A stretch of DNA of 64,000 nucleotides from Pachysolen tannophilus NRRL Y-2460 (lineage: Eukaryota): the NCBI GenBank assembly GCA_001661245.1, contig KV454014.1, forward strand, positions 512,954 to 576,953, in the 5' to 3' direction. Below, in pieces: positions 23,730 to 35,724 of this stretch (position 1 is its first letter; every line of letters begins with the position of its first letter). The notes under the pieces are model-generated. The model did no database searches. It was not told the DNA's origin and saw only the letters and a program-made list of their open reading frames with translations. The position numbers and the translations under genes were made by a program.

Positions 23730-24372
23730 GATACTGATACTATTAAATTAAATCAATGATTTTAAATAAAAAATAGAAAGACAGTCTTATACTCAAATCA
23801 AGCCTAAAAAAAAAAAAAAAAAAACTCCAAAATTTGGTTTTACTATTTAATTAGAAATTCTAATGGTATACTATTAATATATCCACACAAAGATTGATAC
23901 TATCTTATTGAACACTTGAGTTTTCTCTCAATACCTTCTCAACTGTTATTTGGAACCAATAATACCGATATTGCAAAAAAAAAAANAAAAAAATTTTTAA
24001 TTTTTCATTTTTCATTAGACATGAGCCGCATACCAATAAAAAAACTCATCTCGGACATACACTGGACACGACCAATAGTTAACAAATAGTATATTTCCAA
24101 TTCATTTTAATCTTTTATTTATATATGATGGATCTTTCTTGTTTGAAATAAAATCATGACAGCATAATATTATTAGCAGTGATAATGCAAAAGAAAAATT
24201 ATTGGTAAAAAAAAAATAAAAATAAAAAAAAAGAAGAGTGTGTGAGTGAGAAGGAAAAGAAAATTAAAAAAATTAAAAAAAANAAAAAAAATAAAAGGAA
24301 AGTAACAATAAAGTAAGAAACAAAATACTATGGTAGTACAGTAAGTAGAATGAATGTTGCTGCAAGACAAAG

Positions 24373-24807
24373 NNNNNNNNNNNNNNNNNNNNNNNNNNNN
24401 NNNNNNNNNNNNNNNNNNNNNNNNNNNNNNNNNNNNNNNNNNNNNNNNNNNNNNNNNNNNNNNNNNNNNNNNNNNNNNNNNNNNNNNNNNNNNNNNNNNN
24501 NNNNNNNNNNNNNNNNNNNNNNNNNNNNNNNNNNNNNNNNNNNNNNNNNNNNNNNNNNNNNNNNNNNNNNNNNNNNNNNNNNNNNNNNNNNNNNNNNNNN
24601 NNNNNNNNNNNNNNNNNNNNNNNNNNNNNNNNNNNNNNNNNNNNNNNNNNNNNNNNNNNNNNNNNNNNNNNNNNNNNNNNNNNNNNNNNNNNNNNNNNNN
24701 NNNNNNNNNNNNNNNNNNNNNNNNNNNNNNNNNNNNNNNNNNNNNNNNNNNNNNNNNNNNNNNNNNNNNNNNNNNNNNNNNNNNNNNNNNNNNNNNNNNN
24801 NNNNNNN
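24373..24807. other. Assembly gap (N), probably spurious because the flanks overlap
   Basis: The same ~70-bp sequence occurs on both sides of the gap. Confidence 0.95.
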
Positions 24808-24809
24808 GG

Positions 24810-24863
<54 letters not shown>

Positions 24864-25103
24864 AAAGTACATAAAGTAGAACAAAATCTATGGTAGTACA
24901 GTAAGTGAATGAATGTTGCTGCAAGCAAGAAAAAAACGATAAGAATTATTAAAAATAGATTATCTCAACAGAAAAATATGAAATATAAAAACGAATTGAA
25001 TATTAAGGAGTAAGTCCGAATCTTATAAATAATTTTTTTTTTTTTTTTTATAAAAAATAAAACACAACTTAGGTGTAACCAAACAAATTAAAAGTCTTTT
25101 TTT

Positions 25104-28100
25104 TTACCTATTCTTAAATAATTTTGAAATTCTTTTACCAGGAGAAGAAGAAGAAGATAAAGATGGTAATGTTCCCGATCTCAAAGTTGGGATCTGATTA
25201 TTGCTTGGAGAAAGAGATGCGAATCCTTCCCAATCACCAGTTTTAGCCTTTTGTTTGAAAGCTTTAAACGCCATACCTTCTTGGTTAATCAAATGTCTAT
25301 CCTTGCGCTTCACTTCCAAATTCGTACCATAAGCTGGCTTAAGAAAAGCTTTTCGAAAATTCTTCAAAGCTCTAGCAGGTGATGGAGCATCTTCTGCAGA
25401 GTTGTATGCTGGTACCCCAATAAATCTCACTCTTTTAATAACTTGCGGTGGATCGCAAACCTCACTTTTACTTTCATCTTCTTCATCGCAGATAACATCA
25501 CCATTAATAGTTGAAGTCAAAGTACGATCAGAAGTATTTACCCTATTGGTTTCAACAAAAGCTTCTGAGGCTTCTAATTCACACAGAGCAGTTTTGAAAT
25601 TATCACTAGTAGAATCTTCATCACTTTTTGTAATCTCTGTTACCAAAAGTTTCGAAGAATCATCATCAGCTTCGGTTTCAGTTTTAGTTTCAGTTTTAGT
25701 TTTAGTTTCAGTTTCAGTAGATACAGGGGAATTTCTAGAGACTTCATTGTTCTTGTTGATGGAAACTTTTCCATCTACAGCATTATTTTTCATTTCATTT
25801 GAAATATTTGGTTTGTCTTGAGCCATTAACTTGTCAGTTATTTGGTCTTTCTCCTTTATAGTTGATCGCAAGGGTAATACCTCAGACTCAGAAATATTCT
25901 GTAATGAAGAACTCCTACTGCTGGAATTTGGTGAACTTCGATTCTGATTATTCGAAGAATGACTTAATGCAGCTTTTTGTTGATAAGAACTCATTTTCAA
26001 AGAATTGGATCTGCTACCACTTCTAGACTCAGCATTTCCGGTGACGTTACGGGGCCGATAACTAACAGTTGGTTTATCAGTTACAGACTTAATCGTAATA
26101 CTACCATTTTTCGATTGAGCTAAAATATGCTGATAAAGTCTCTCCTGTGCATTTAAATGTTTTGGCGGTGACAGTGGTTGTATTTCCGATGCTGGCCTGC
26201 TTCTATTTTGATAATGCAGTTGTCTTAATTTATCCTGCTGTTGAATTCTTTGTTTTGCCACGTATTGCATACTCTGTAGCGAATTAGATCTTGACAGTTG
26301 TCTTTGATTTGGATCATTAGTAAATGCTGCACCCGCAGCAGCAGCTATTATTCTATTATTGTTATTAAGTTTGTTTGAAGTTGAAGAATATTGTAAAGAT
26401 GAAGAACGACGCAATCCATTGTTCAATTTTTTAGAAGGTGATGAATTTCTAATTGGAGGAGTTGAAGAAGTGGTATTAGAGTCAGCGGAATCCACTGTTG
26501 AAAGCGAAGGTGTTGATGATCTCAATGACGAACTTGATGAATTAGCTTTAGAACCAGATAATGAGTCTATAGTTCGAACTTTATTTGACGATAATAATAA
26601 ATTTGAATTCTCTAAATTATGAGTGTCATTGTTAGAATGACGTTTTAATTCTGGCGAAAACTGAGATGGAATTATTAAAGAATGACGTTGTTGAGAATTA
26701 TCATTTGAATGATTCATTGTAGCAGAAGCACTAGATTGTGGGACAGGATTAGAAATTTTTTTAGATGAATTTGAAACAATTTTATCATTATTCGTATCCA
26801 GATCTTGAGAATCGTTTCTTGAAGTTATTTTTTTTCCAGAATCAATTTCCTCATCTTTTATCAGTTGATTCAATATAGTAGAGTTATTTTCATTATCTTT
26901 CAAAGGTGGTAATTTTTCAATTGAATGATTTTTAATTTTATTAGGAGAAGTTTCTTTATTTGACTTCCCAATAATATTTGGTGTGTTTTCAAATTCAGAT
27001 GAAAAACAAGAAGAGCAAACAACATAAAATTCTTTTAAGATAGAATTACTATCATAAACTATCTGATATCCATTTCTTGCATCTTTTCCTAATTGAACAA
27101 GAACATCTGGTCTAACTTGAAAATTTGAACCTTGCCTTGTCAATTTTATAATTGATGCTAAGAGTAAATTATTTCTTTTTGGTTGGTTAAAAAAAATGTC
27201 TAAATTTTTCAATAAGAGTAATATATTTCTATGATATTGACTTGATGATTTTAATAAATGATAATCTTGGAAATAAATTTTTTTACCAAGTTTACGTGTA
27301 ATACAATATAAATCAGCTAATTTTAACAATATAGCAAAACCTCTATGAACGCTATATTCCCAATTTTTCAATTCCATTATTTGGCTAATGTTTTTACAAT
27401 TTTCCAAATGTTTAAAAGTATTTAATAATTGATTAAGACATTTATCGATTGAAGTAGTAATAATTTTAATTATAGATAAATCAGTTTTAAATAAATCATT
27501 TTTAATTTGAGTTTCTGTTTTCAATTTATTATTTTTTAAAAAATCTTGGGTTTTCAATTCTTGTTTAAAAAATAATGATTCAATATTTTCCAATTCAATT
27601 GGATCAATTAAATCATCAATTTTTGAAGTATTAAATGGAATTGGATCTCCTTCTTTATTAGGCCACCTAGAAGCTGTTCTTTCAATTATGGCTTGTTTTA
27701 ATCGATTTTCATAAATTTCCAAAGTATTTTGAGATAATTTTTCAAAATATTTTAAAGTTTCAATATTTTTATTTAAATCAGGTAATGAATTTTTTAAATT
27801 AGAATTTTCATAATTTGTTAAATTTTCAAATAAATCAAAATTAATTGAATTTGTTGATAATTGTGGACGTATTGGTTGTTGATAATTAAATTTACGACCA
27901 TTTTGTAAAATCTCATACCTTTTAAAAATTAAATCACTAATATTAAATATCGGCCCTCCAAATAATAAAATATAACTTGCCAATGGAACAACACCACTTT
28001 CTTTATTACCTTCAAGACTTGCTTTTATCAGTCTAGATATAGCGCCCATTAACCTCTTCAACTTTGCTATACCATAATGATATTGAACTATCCTAGCATC

Positions 28101-28178
28101 CAACGCATTCAAATATATCCCATTCTTAATGCCCGGTCTTGAAGCAACAGCTGCTGCTACAGCGTTAATTGAGGACAT
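25104..28178 (-). CDS. GIP4: Glc7 (PP1)-interacting protein, Gip4-like
   Basis: Helical N-terminal domain, S-rich middle and C-terminal KRVRFIGVP (RVxF motif, recalled as KKVRFTGVP in Gip4). Lies near MTW1 and FUN19, as in S. cerevisiae. Confidence 0.65.
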   Translation of the reverse strand: MSSINAVAAAVASRPGIKNGIYLNALDARIVQYHYGIAKLKRLMGAISRLIKASLEGNKESGVVPLASYILLFGGPIFNISDLIFKRYEILQNGRKFNYQQPIRPQLSTNSINFDLFENLTNYENSNLKNSLPDLNKNIETLKYFEKLSQNTLEIYENRLKQAIIERTASRWPNKEGDPIPFNTSKIDDLIDPIELENIESLFFKQELKTQDFLKNNKLKTETQIKNDLFKTDLSIIKIITTSIDKCLNQLLNTFKHLENCKNISQIMELKNWEYSVHRGFAILLKLADLYCITRKLGKKIYFQDYHLLKSSSQYHRNILLLLKNLDIFFNQPKRNNLLLASIIKLTRQGSNFQVRPDVLVQLGKDARNGYQIVYDSNSILKEFYVVCSSCFSSEFENTPNIIGKSNKETSPNKIKNHSIEKLPPLKDNENNSTILNQLIKDEEIDSGKKITSRNDSQDLDTNNDKIVSNSSKKISNPVPQSSASATMNHSNDNSQQRHSLIIPSQFSPELKRHSNNDTHNLENSNLLLSSNKVRTIDSLSGSKANSSSSSLRSSTPSLSTVDSADSNTTSSTPPIRNSSPSKKLNNGLRRSSSLQYSSTSNKLNNNNRIIAAAAGAAFTNDPNQRQLSRSNSLQSMQYVAKQRIQQQDKLRQLHYQNRSRPASEIQPLSPPKHLNAQERLYQHILAQSKNGSITIKSVTDKPTVSYRPRNVTGNAESRSGSRSNSLKMSSYQQKAALSHSSNNQNRSSPNSSSRSSSLQNISESEVLPLRSTIKEKDQITDKLMAQDKPNISNEMKNNAVDGKVSINKNNEVSRNSPVSTETETKTKTETKTETEADDDSSKLLVTEITKSDEDSTSDNFKTALCELEASEAFVETNRVNTSDRTLTSTINGDVICDEEDESKSEVCDPPQVIKRVRFIGVPAYNSAEDAPSPARALKNFRKAFLKPAYGTNLEVKRKDRHLINQEGMAFKAFKQKAKTGDWEGFASLSPSNNQIPTLRSGTLPSLSSSSSPGKRISKLFKNR

Positions 28179-28660
28179 ATCTATAGATAAACAAAAACAA
28201 CCCTACGCACATCCATCTATCTCTTTTCTCCATGTAACAACTCTCTTAAATTATCTTTAATTTATATTACCCAAAATCAGATCACAAACCGCCGTTCACT
28301 GATATATATAAACTCCTACCGCCGTTATATTAAAAACCTATAATTAACCTGTTTAACTCCAGAAATAAACAATTTTATGTGATAGCAATAAAAGAAAGTA
28401 TCTTAACTTTAAAGCTGCAATAAATAAATATAAAAAAAAAAAAAAAAAAAAAAAAAGAAAAACAAATTAGTCGTGTGGGCGCTAACCAAAAAGCGTTGAC
28501 CTTTTTGTTTGTCTTGTTTTTGTTGTTTATCTTTTCTGTAAAAATGTAAGCGCGTAACATAATGTAACTTAACCGCTCATAGAAGAAAAGAGAAATATTA
28601 ATTTAATAAGTGTTTTGCTTCAGGAATCGGACTTGGAATTGGAATCAGGTTGTGTATGTC

Positions 28661-29587
28661 ATGTCAGATATAAAGACGAGCTCGGTGCTTACCGAGCATT
28701 TTGGGTATAGGCAGATTGCGTTGATAGATGATATTATAAATGCTGTGAATGAAATTATGTATAAATGTACTCAGGGAATAGAGGATTATTTGGTGCTGAG
28801 AGAAGACAAGATTGTGGGTAAGATTGGAAATAAGAGTGGTGATGGTGGCGGTGGTGGTAAAAATAAGGATAAGGGTAACGGTAACAGCGGTAACACCGGT
28901 GGAAGCGGTGTAAGAGAAAACCACGATGATGATGATGATGATGATGATGATGTGATGATTGAGACGGGTGATCTGCAGATAGTGGTGCCTGCTGATGAGA
29001 TTGAAATGGGGACTGCAAAGTTGGAAACCTTGTTGGAATCTTCAGTAGATCGAAATTTTGACAAGTTTGAGTTATATGCGTTAAGGAATATCTTGAACGT
29101 TTCACATGAATTGGTTGATGAAGGATGGTTTAAACTTAAACATCATGAAAATTTACAAATAAATACAGATAGTACCAGTAGTCTATCAAAAGATTTGGAT
29201 TTACAATTACACAATTTGCAACTGGAAATAAATTTTCAAATTAATTTGAAAAGATTAATAGATTTACAAATATCGAAAACTATTAAATTGTTAAAAATTT
29301 TAAAATTATATTCAAAATCAATCAATTCAATCATAAATAATAAAGAAAATGAAATAAATCATAAAAAATTAGAACCATTAACTGAAAATTTATATTATTT
29401 TATAAATGAATTACGGAAATTGTTCAACGAAATAAACAGTGTGAAAAAAATATTAAATGATAATAATAATAATGACAATTTAATTAATAAATTTAACAAG
29501 AATTTAAGTTCTAATGAACGAACAAGTTATATCGATGAAAAATCTTACAAATTATTGGAAAAATTAGGAATATTTAATAATAATTAA
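28661..29587 (+). CDS. MTW1: Kinetochore MIND complex subunit Mis12/Mtw1
   Basis: LTEHFGY..IALIDDIINAVN and GTAKLETLLESSVDRNFDKFELYALRNI. Confidence 0.93.
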   Translation: MSDIKTSSVLTEHFGYRQIALIDDIINAVNEIMYKCTQGIEDYLVLREDKIVGKIGNKSGDGGGGGKNKDKGNGNSGNTGGSGVRENHDDDDDDDDDVMIETGDLQIVVPADEIEMGTAKLETLLESSVDRNFDKFELYALRNILNVSHELVDEGWFKLKHHENLQINTDSTSSLSKDLDLQLHNLQLEINFQINLKRLIDLQISKTIKLLKILKLYSKSINSIINNKENEINHKKLEPLTENLYYFINELRKLFNEINSVKKILNDNNNNDNLINKFNKNLSSNERTSYIDEKSYKLLEKLGIFNNN

Positions 29588-29627
29588 TAAACAATTACTT
29601 GCATTTTTTTTTTTTTTTTAAATAATT

Positions 29628-31322
29628 TTATAATTTTTTATCAAAGATTTTCCAATCAATTTCTGGTAATATTAACCCATTTTTATCTTGTAATTCCTTG
29701 ATACTTTTAGTTGAATAACCAGTACGAACTCTATAATCTACATAACAATCTTTAATTTCCTTAATAGCAGCCTTGATCCGTATTTGTTCCTCATCCCATT
29801 CAACTGGATAAAGATTACAATTAGTTTTAGCAATTTTAATTTCATTATTAAGTTCATTAGAATAAATTATATCATCTGGATATGCTAAATCATGAAATTT
29901 TTTATCATTTCCCATTTGTTTAACTCTATTTTGTTCCCATTCTAACATTTCTTGTCTTGAAGGTATTGGAATTTTTCCTGACCAAACTTTTGCAACCCAT
30001 GAACCTTGAGTTTCTGCTAATCTAGTTGGTAATACAAGTCTAGGTAAAGCAGCAATTGCTAATCCCAGATAATTATATGATAATAATTGTCTATATAAAC
30101 CATGTACTCTTTGACCATCTGTGATTAATGGGTTAGATGAATTGTTGATTTCTTTAAAAAATGGAAGAGATTTCAAATATCCAGTTGCAAATATAATTTT
30201 ATTAATATTAGCTATACTTGAACCATCAACAAATTCAATTTCCAGTGATTTATAATTAAATTTTTTAATATCAGGAACATTTATAATTTTTTCATGTTTA
30301 CCAGCTGGTATATTACTTTCTGATCTAAAACTTTTATAAATTTTTTTATTTAAATTTGTTGCCAATTGAAAAGCTAAATCTCCACCAGAAGCAGAATTAC
30401 CAACAACTAAAATATTTTCATTTTTTGAAAATTGTTTTGGTGATCTATATGAAACAGCATGAATCACAGAACCTGGAAATTTATTGATCCATTCTTGTAA
30501 ACCAGGTTTTTCTGGAAGAAATGGAACATCATAATAACCTGTTGCAACAACAACAGCATCGCAAAATTCAATTCTATCTTGAAATTCTTTTAAATTACTT
30601 TGTTTGAAGCCTGCTTCAGTTTCTTTAACAACAGGTCTTGAAGTAACCAGCCATTTTGAATTTGGTAATTGTTTAACATCAATAACTCTACGTCCAAATT
30701 CTATATATGGTTCAATAATTTTTGAATATTCTTGAAAATATTTTAAAACTTGTTGTCTTTCAGGGAAAATAGAATAATTTTCTGGCCAAGGAGTATTTTT
30801 AAAAGCCATTATATCTTTAGGAACATTTGTATCTAACTGATCATAAACTGCACTTGGCCAAATATAATCCTTACCAATTCTCGTTTCATGAGAAAAATGT
30901 GCAACATCATTAATATATTGTTGCTGTAAAAAAAAATCTTTATCAATTACTTCAGCCAGATTTGTAGATATACTTGGATCTATGGACGGTACTGGTGAAT
31001 CAAAGAATTGTTCAGAATAATTCCATAAACCACCAGTAGTTGATCTTTTCTCAAGAACTTTAACATTCTTAAATTCACCTTCAGCTAATAAGAATTTCGT
31101 AAAGGCAGCTCCACAGGGACCAGCTCCAATCTATAAAATAAATAAATAGAAAAAAAAAAGTGTTAGTTAGTTAGTTAGTTAGTCAAAATACTACAACTAC
31201 AACTACTATGATTTCGTATAGAAAAAGGTTTCTTTTTTTTAAGAAGCAAAAAAAAAAAAAACACACTTGAGCCAACAACTTACAACTATTATATCTTCAA
31301 TTTTCTTCTGTAAGAAACCCAT
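29628..31322 (-). CDS. Flavin-containing monooxygenase (FMO1-like), two exons 31322-31284 and 31130-29628
   Basis: Exon 1 is MGFLQKKIEDIIV, followed by a GTAAGT donor, GACTAAC/(TAAC)n branch region and TAG acceptor. Exon 2 starts IGAGPCG (FAD motif), then GGLW, ATG...P, HAVSYR, GNSASG and ATGY. Confidence 0.9.
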
Positions 31323-31997
31323 CAATCTGTTGAATTTGAATATCAATTTCAAAAGAAGTTTCAACCCATATAGTTTTCTATATATTTATTTTCACCACAG
31401 TTTAGTTTACAAATGAATCGATCTAATTTCTCGAGTCTGCCTAAATCTGCGTTTCGGAGTTTACGTCCGTTGTGTTGTGTTCTAGGCCGCTCGCCGCCTT
31501 TGCCGCTATGCCGCCGCTCACTTTGCCGCTATGCCCTGCCTCAACCGCCTCCTCTTCTCCATCCTAACAAATGGAGCCGACACAAGACAAATTCAGATAA
31601 AAAACCCATTTTAACGTGTATTAGGCAGCTCAGTTAGCTTTAAACCGTTCCTGGCCAACAGATCTACTGGTTTACTACTACTAGTAACCAGTATTCAAGG
31701 TTTTTTTTTCTTTTTTTTTCTTATTTATTGGCTATCCAGCTAGAGCAGATCTAGAAATTATATTAGATCCAGAAATTATAGCAGACTCAGAGGTTCATTA
31801 GTTCACCTCCAAACCTCACTTGGATAAACTATTAACATATACTAGATAGAAACTGGGAAAGTAAACATAACTAACAAAATATTCCCACTATGCTCCTATC
31901 TACTCGTTATATATATAAATGATATTTAACCTCATCTCTTCATCTTCTCTTTTCTCTCTTTATCAAGCGAAAAAAAAAAAAAAAAAAAAAAAAAAAA

Positions 31998-32272
31998 NNN
32001 NNNNNNNNNNNNNNNNNNNNNNNNNNNNNNNNNNNNNNNNNNNNNNNNNNNNNNNNNNNNNNNNNNNNNNNNNNNNNNNNNNNNNNNNNNNNNNNNNNNN
32101 NNNNNNNNNNNNNNNNNNNNNNNNNNNNNNNNNNNNNNNNNNNNNNNNNNNNNNNNNNNNNNNNNNNNNNNNNNNNNNNNNNNNNNNNNNNNNNNNNNNN
32201 NNNNNNNNNNNNNNNNNNNNNNNNNNNNNNNNNNNNNNNNNNNNNNNNNNNNNNNNNNNNNNNNNNNNNNNN
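31998..32272. other. Assembly gap (N)
   Basis: N run after poly-A. Confidence 0.99.
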
Positions 32273-32403
32273 TTTTGCTGTTTTTCAAGGAAGAAGATAT
32301 ATATTATTATGAAATCTTTTTAAATTGAACGGTAATAGAAAGTTTAAAGCTTTGGTTATCTGGAAGAGATAATAGAGATTTCAATTTCGATTTTTCAAGA
32401 AGA

Positions 32404-35400
32404 ATGGATCAACAATTTGTTTCTTCTTTGAGAGAAACTTTGGGATTAGTTACGGTTCCAGATTCAAATACTATTAAGAGCGCTACTCTGAAGTTAGCAT
32501 CTGATTTTTTCACTGATTCTAAATCGTTACCATCATTAATTCATATTTTACAGAATGAAAAAGATGATCAAATAAGACAGTTAGCCGCTGTTGAGGCTAG
32601 AAAGTTGGTTCCAAAATATTGGGGTTGTACTGATGATTTATTAAAAAATGAAATTAGGTCATCGATGTTACAAACAACTTTTACTGAGCATTCAAAGATA
32701 CTTAGACATTCAAGTGCAAGAGTTGTTGCAGCCATTGGTGAAATAGATTTAGCAAATAATCAGTGGTTGGATTTGTTGAATACTTTGGTTGGTGCTTGTT
32801 CTGATTCTAATGTTCAAACTAAGGAAATGGCTGTTTATATATTGGCGTGTCTTTTAGAATCAGAAATATCAGTCTTGAGTTCACATGCATCTGATTTTTT
32901 AAATTTATTTGCAACAACTTTAAATGATACAAGTTCATTAGCTATTAGAGTTACTTCATTATTAGCATTAAGCGATGTTGCAACTTATATAGAAGATGAT
33001 TTGGATGCTAATCTTTGTTCCAAATTTGCTTCATTGATTCCTTCAATGGTTGAAGTATTAAAAGTTGTTTTACAAGAACAAGATACTGATTCTGCTAAAC
33101 AAGTTTTTGATGTTTTCAACAATTTATTAATAATTGACAATAAATTAGTTGGCGATAATTTACTCATAATTATTAAGATTATGTTGGAAATTTCATCAAA
33201 TATTCAAATTGATGAAGAATTTAGAGTTATGGCTCTTCAATTTTTAATTTCGGCTGTTAATTTTAGAAAATCAAAAATTTTATCAAGTAAATTGGGTCCA
33301 CAAATAACTATTGGTGCTCTTAAAATTTCATCAGAAGAAGTTGATGTTGATCAAGAATTAAATAATGAAGATGAAGAAAATGAAAATGAAGAAAATCTGC
33401 CATCTACTTTAGCATTAAGATTATTGTCAATGTTATCACAAGAATTACCACCTTCTCAAGTAATTCAACCGATTTTTGAACAAATCCCTCATTTATTAAA
33501 CTCATCAAATACTTTTGAAAGAAGAGCAGCTTTATTATCATTAGGGGTTACTTCATCTGGTGCCCCAGATTATTTTTCAACTCAATTACCAAGAATAATT
33601 CAAGCTTTAATTGCAGGGTTAAAAGATAAAGAATTAATTGTTCAAGTTGCATCTTTAAGAGCTATTGCTCAATTGACTTCAGAATTACAAGATGCAGTTG
33701 CTGAATATCATGTTGAATTATTTCCATTAATTATTGTAATTATTGATTCTGCTACAAATGTCATGGTTTATAAATATGCAACTTACGCTTTAGATGGTTT
33801 AATTGAATTCATGAGTCATGAAGCCATCATTCAATACTTGGAACCTTTGATGAATAAATTGTTCCACATGTTACAAAACGCTGAATCATCATCATTAAAA
33901 TCAGCTATTGTATCAGCTATAGGTTCAACTGCTTATGCAGGTGGTAAAGCTTTCATACCATATTTTGAAAATTCAATCAGATTTTTGGAACCTTATATTT
34001 CTAATTCTTCACTGATTGAAGGCCTGTCTGAAGATGATTTGGAATTAATAGCTATTACTTTTGAAAATATTTCAACAATGGCAAGAGCAGTTGGTCCCGA
34101 TGTTTTTGGAAGTTATGCTAAACCATTAATTGAAGCTTCTTATGCATCTTTAAGTTCTGATAGTTCTAGATTAAGAGAATCTGGATTTGCTTTCATTTCA
34201 AACATGGCTAAAGTCTATGGTACAGGATTTGCTACTTTCTTGGATAATATAATTCCAGCTATCTTTTCATGTCTTGAACAAGATGAATTTCAATTTAACC
34301 TTGACGATGTTGAAAATCCTGAAGCTTTAGAAGAAGAAGAAGATTTAGAAAATAAATTGACTGTACATACTGGTATTACCATAGAAAAGGAAATTGCTGC
34401 AATTGCCTTGGCTGAATTAGCAATTGGAACCAAGAGAAGTTTTGCTCCTTATGTTGAATCTTCCATTAAAATCTTAAAAGATCAAATTGAAAACTCTTAT
34501 GGAATGAGAGAAGCGGCATTACATTCTTTATGGCAAATAGTTGTTGCTATGTATGAATCAGAAGTTACAGGAAAATACCCGATTGGTACTCAATCAACTC
34601 CTTATGTCAGTAATCAAATATTGTCCATTATTAAAGAAGCAAGAAATGTATCAGTATCCTTATTAGAAGAAGAATTTGAATTATCTATGGTTGCTGCTAT
34701 ATTAGATAATTTTTCAGATTCTTTAAAGAAAATGGGTTCTATAACAATAATTGATGGTAATGACTCTTCAGAGTTGGAAAAATTATGTTATCAATTAATG
34801 AATTTATTAAAACAAGAACACCCATGTCAATTAGATGATGAAGAAATGCCTTCTGATGAAGCCCAGGATTCTTCAGAAACTGATGCTTTATTATTTGATT
34901 CCACTTTAGAAGTTTTAGTTCATTTGGCAGAAACCTTGGGAGCAGATTTCCTTAAAATTTTCCATTCTTTCAAAGATATTATATTACAACAAGTAACAGT
35001 CAAATCAAAAGTTAAAAGAGTAAGTGCTATTGGATCATTAGCTGAAATTGCCAATGGTTTAAAAGAATCTAATCCATACACAGAAGAATTATTATCATTA
35101 TTCATAGAAAGATTAACCAATGATCGGTCCTTAGAAGTAAGAGGTAATGCAGCATACGGTATAGGTATATTAATTGAACATGCCCCAGTTGATACATCAT
35201 CAGCTTATCCTACTATTTTACAATCCTTATCCAAATTATTATCTAAAGCAAACAAGGAATTATTGAAAAATGAAGATGGAGATGAAGAGACAGCAGATGT
35301 TATTAATAGATCACATGCCAATGCATGTGGATGTGTTTCTAGAATGTATTTGAAACATAGTCAATCAATACCACTAGCAGCCATCTTAGACGAATTATTA

Positions 35401-35724
35401 CAACATTTACCTTTAGAAGCAGGATTTGAAGAGAATGGTCCAATTTTCAAAGTCATCTTGAAATTATACTCAGATAATAATGAATTAATTCTTTCCAAGA
35501 CTCCTCAGATCATTAAAATATTTGAAGGAGTTTTCGTTAAAGATTTTGAAAGAGAAAAATTGGTTAATGAATCTACATTAGGAAGAGAAGAAAACATTGA
35601 TAGATTAAAACAATTCGAATCTGAGGAATTAAAATCCAATATAATCGAATTGTTAAAGCATTTGGAAACAAGGTTTAGTGGATCTGTTTCTTCTAGTCAG
35701 GTTTTGAAAAGGGTTATTTCCTAA
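32404..35724 (+). CDS. KAP123: Karyopherin beta-4 (importin-4)
   Basis: IRQLAAVEARK N-terminal motif, HEAT repeats, VHTGITIEKE and ESTLGREEN. Next to GLE2 and FLO8. Confidence 0.93.
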   Translation: MDQQFVSSLRETLGLVTVPDSNTIKSATLKLASDFFTDSKSLPSLIHILQNEKDDQIRQLAAVEARKLVPKYWGCTDDLLKNEIRSSMLQTTFTEHSKILRHSSARVVAAIGEIDLANNQWLDLLNTLVGACSDSNVQTKEMAVYILACLLESEISVLSSHASDFLNLFATTLNDTSSLAIRVTSLLALSDVATYIEDDLDANLCSKFASLIPSMVEVLKVVLQEQDTDSAKQVFDVFNNLLIIDNKLVGDNLLIIIKIMLEISSNIQIDEEFRVMALQFLISAVNFRKSKILSSKLGPQITIGALKISSEEVDVDQELNNEDEENENEENLPSTLALRLLSMLSQELPPSQVIQPIFEQIPHLLNSSNTFERRAALLSLGVTSSGAPDYFSTQLPRIIQALIAGLKDKELIVQVASLRAIAQLTSELQDAVAEYHVELFPLIIVIIDSATNVMVYKYATYALDGLIEFMSHEAIIQYLEPLMNKLFHMLQNAESSSLKSAIVSAIGSTAYAGGKAFIPYFENSIRFLEPYISNSSLIEGLSEDDLELIAITFENISTMARAVGPDVFGSYAKPLIEASYASLSSDSSRLRESGFAFISNMAKVYGTGFATFLDNIIPAIFSCLEQDEFQFNLDDVENPEALEEEEDLENKLTVHTGITIEKEIAAIALAELAIGTKRSFAPYVESSIKILKDQIENSYGMREAALHSLWQIVVAMYESEVTGKYPIGTQSTPYVSNQILSIIKEARNVSVSLLEEEFELSMVAAILDNFSDSLKKMGSITIIDGNDSSELEKLCYQLMNLLKQEHPCQLDDEEMPSDEAQDSSETDALLFDSTLEVLVHLAETLGADFLKIFHSFKDIILQQVTVKSKVKRVSAIGSLAEIANGLKESNPYTEELLSLFIERLTNDRSLEVRGNAAYGIGILIEHAPVDTSSAYPTILQSLSKLLSKANKELLKNEDGDEETADVINRSHANACGCVSRMYLKHSQSIPLAAILDELLQHLPLEAGFEENGPIFKVILKLYSDNNELILSKTPQIIKIFEGVFVKDFEREKLVNESTLGREENIDRLKQFESEELKSNIIELLKHLETRFSGSVSSSQVLKRVIS

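Noticed and set aside
24889..25030. ATGGTAGTACA|GTAAGT as a possible short first exon
   Set aside because: No branch point or second exon downstream.
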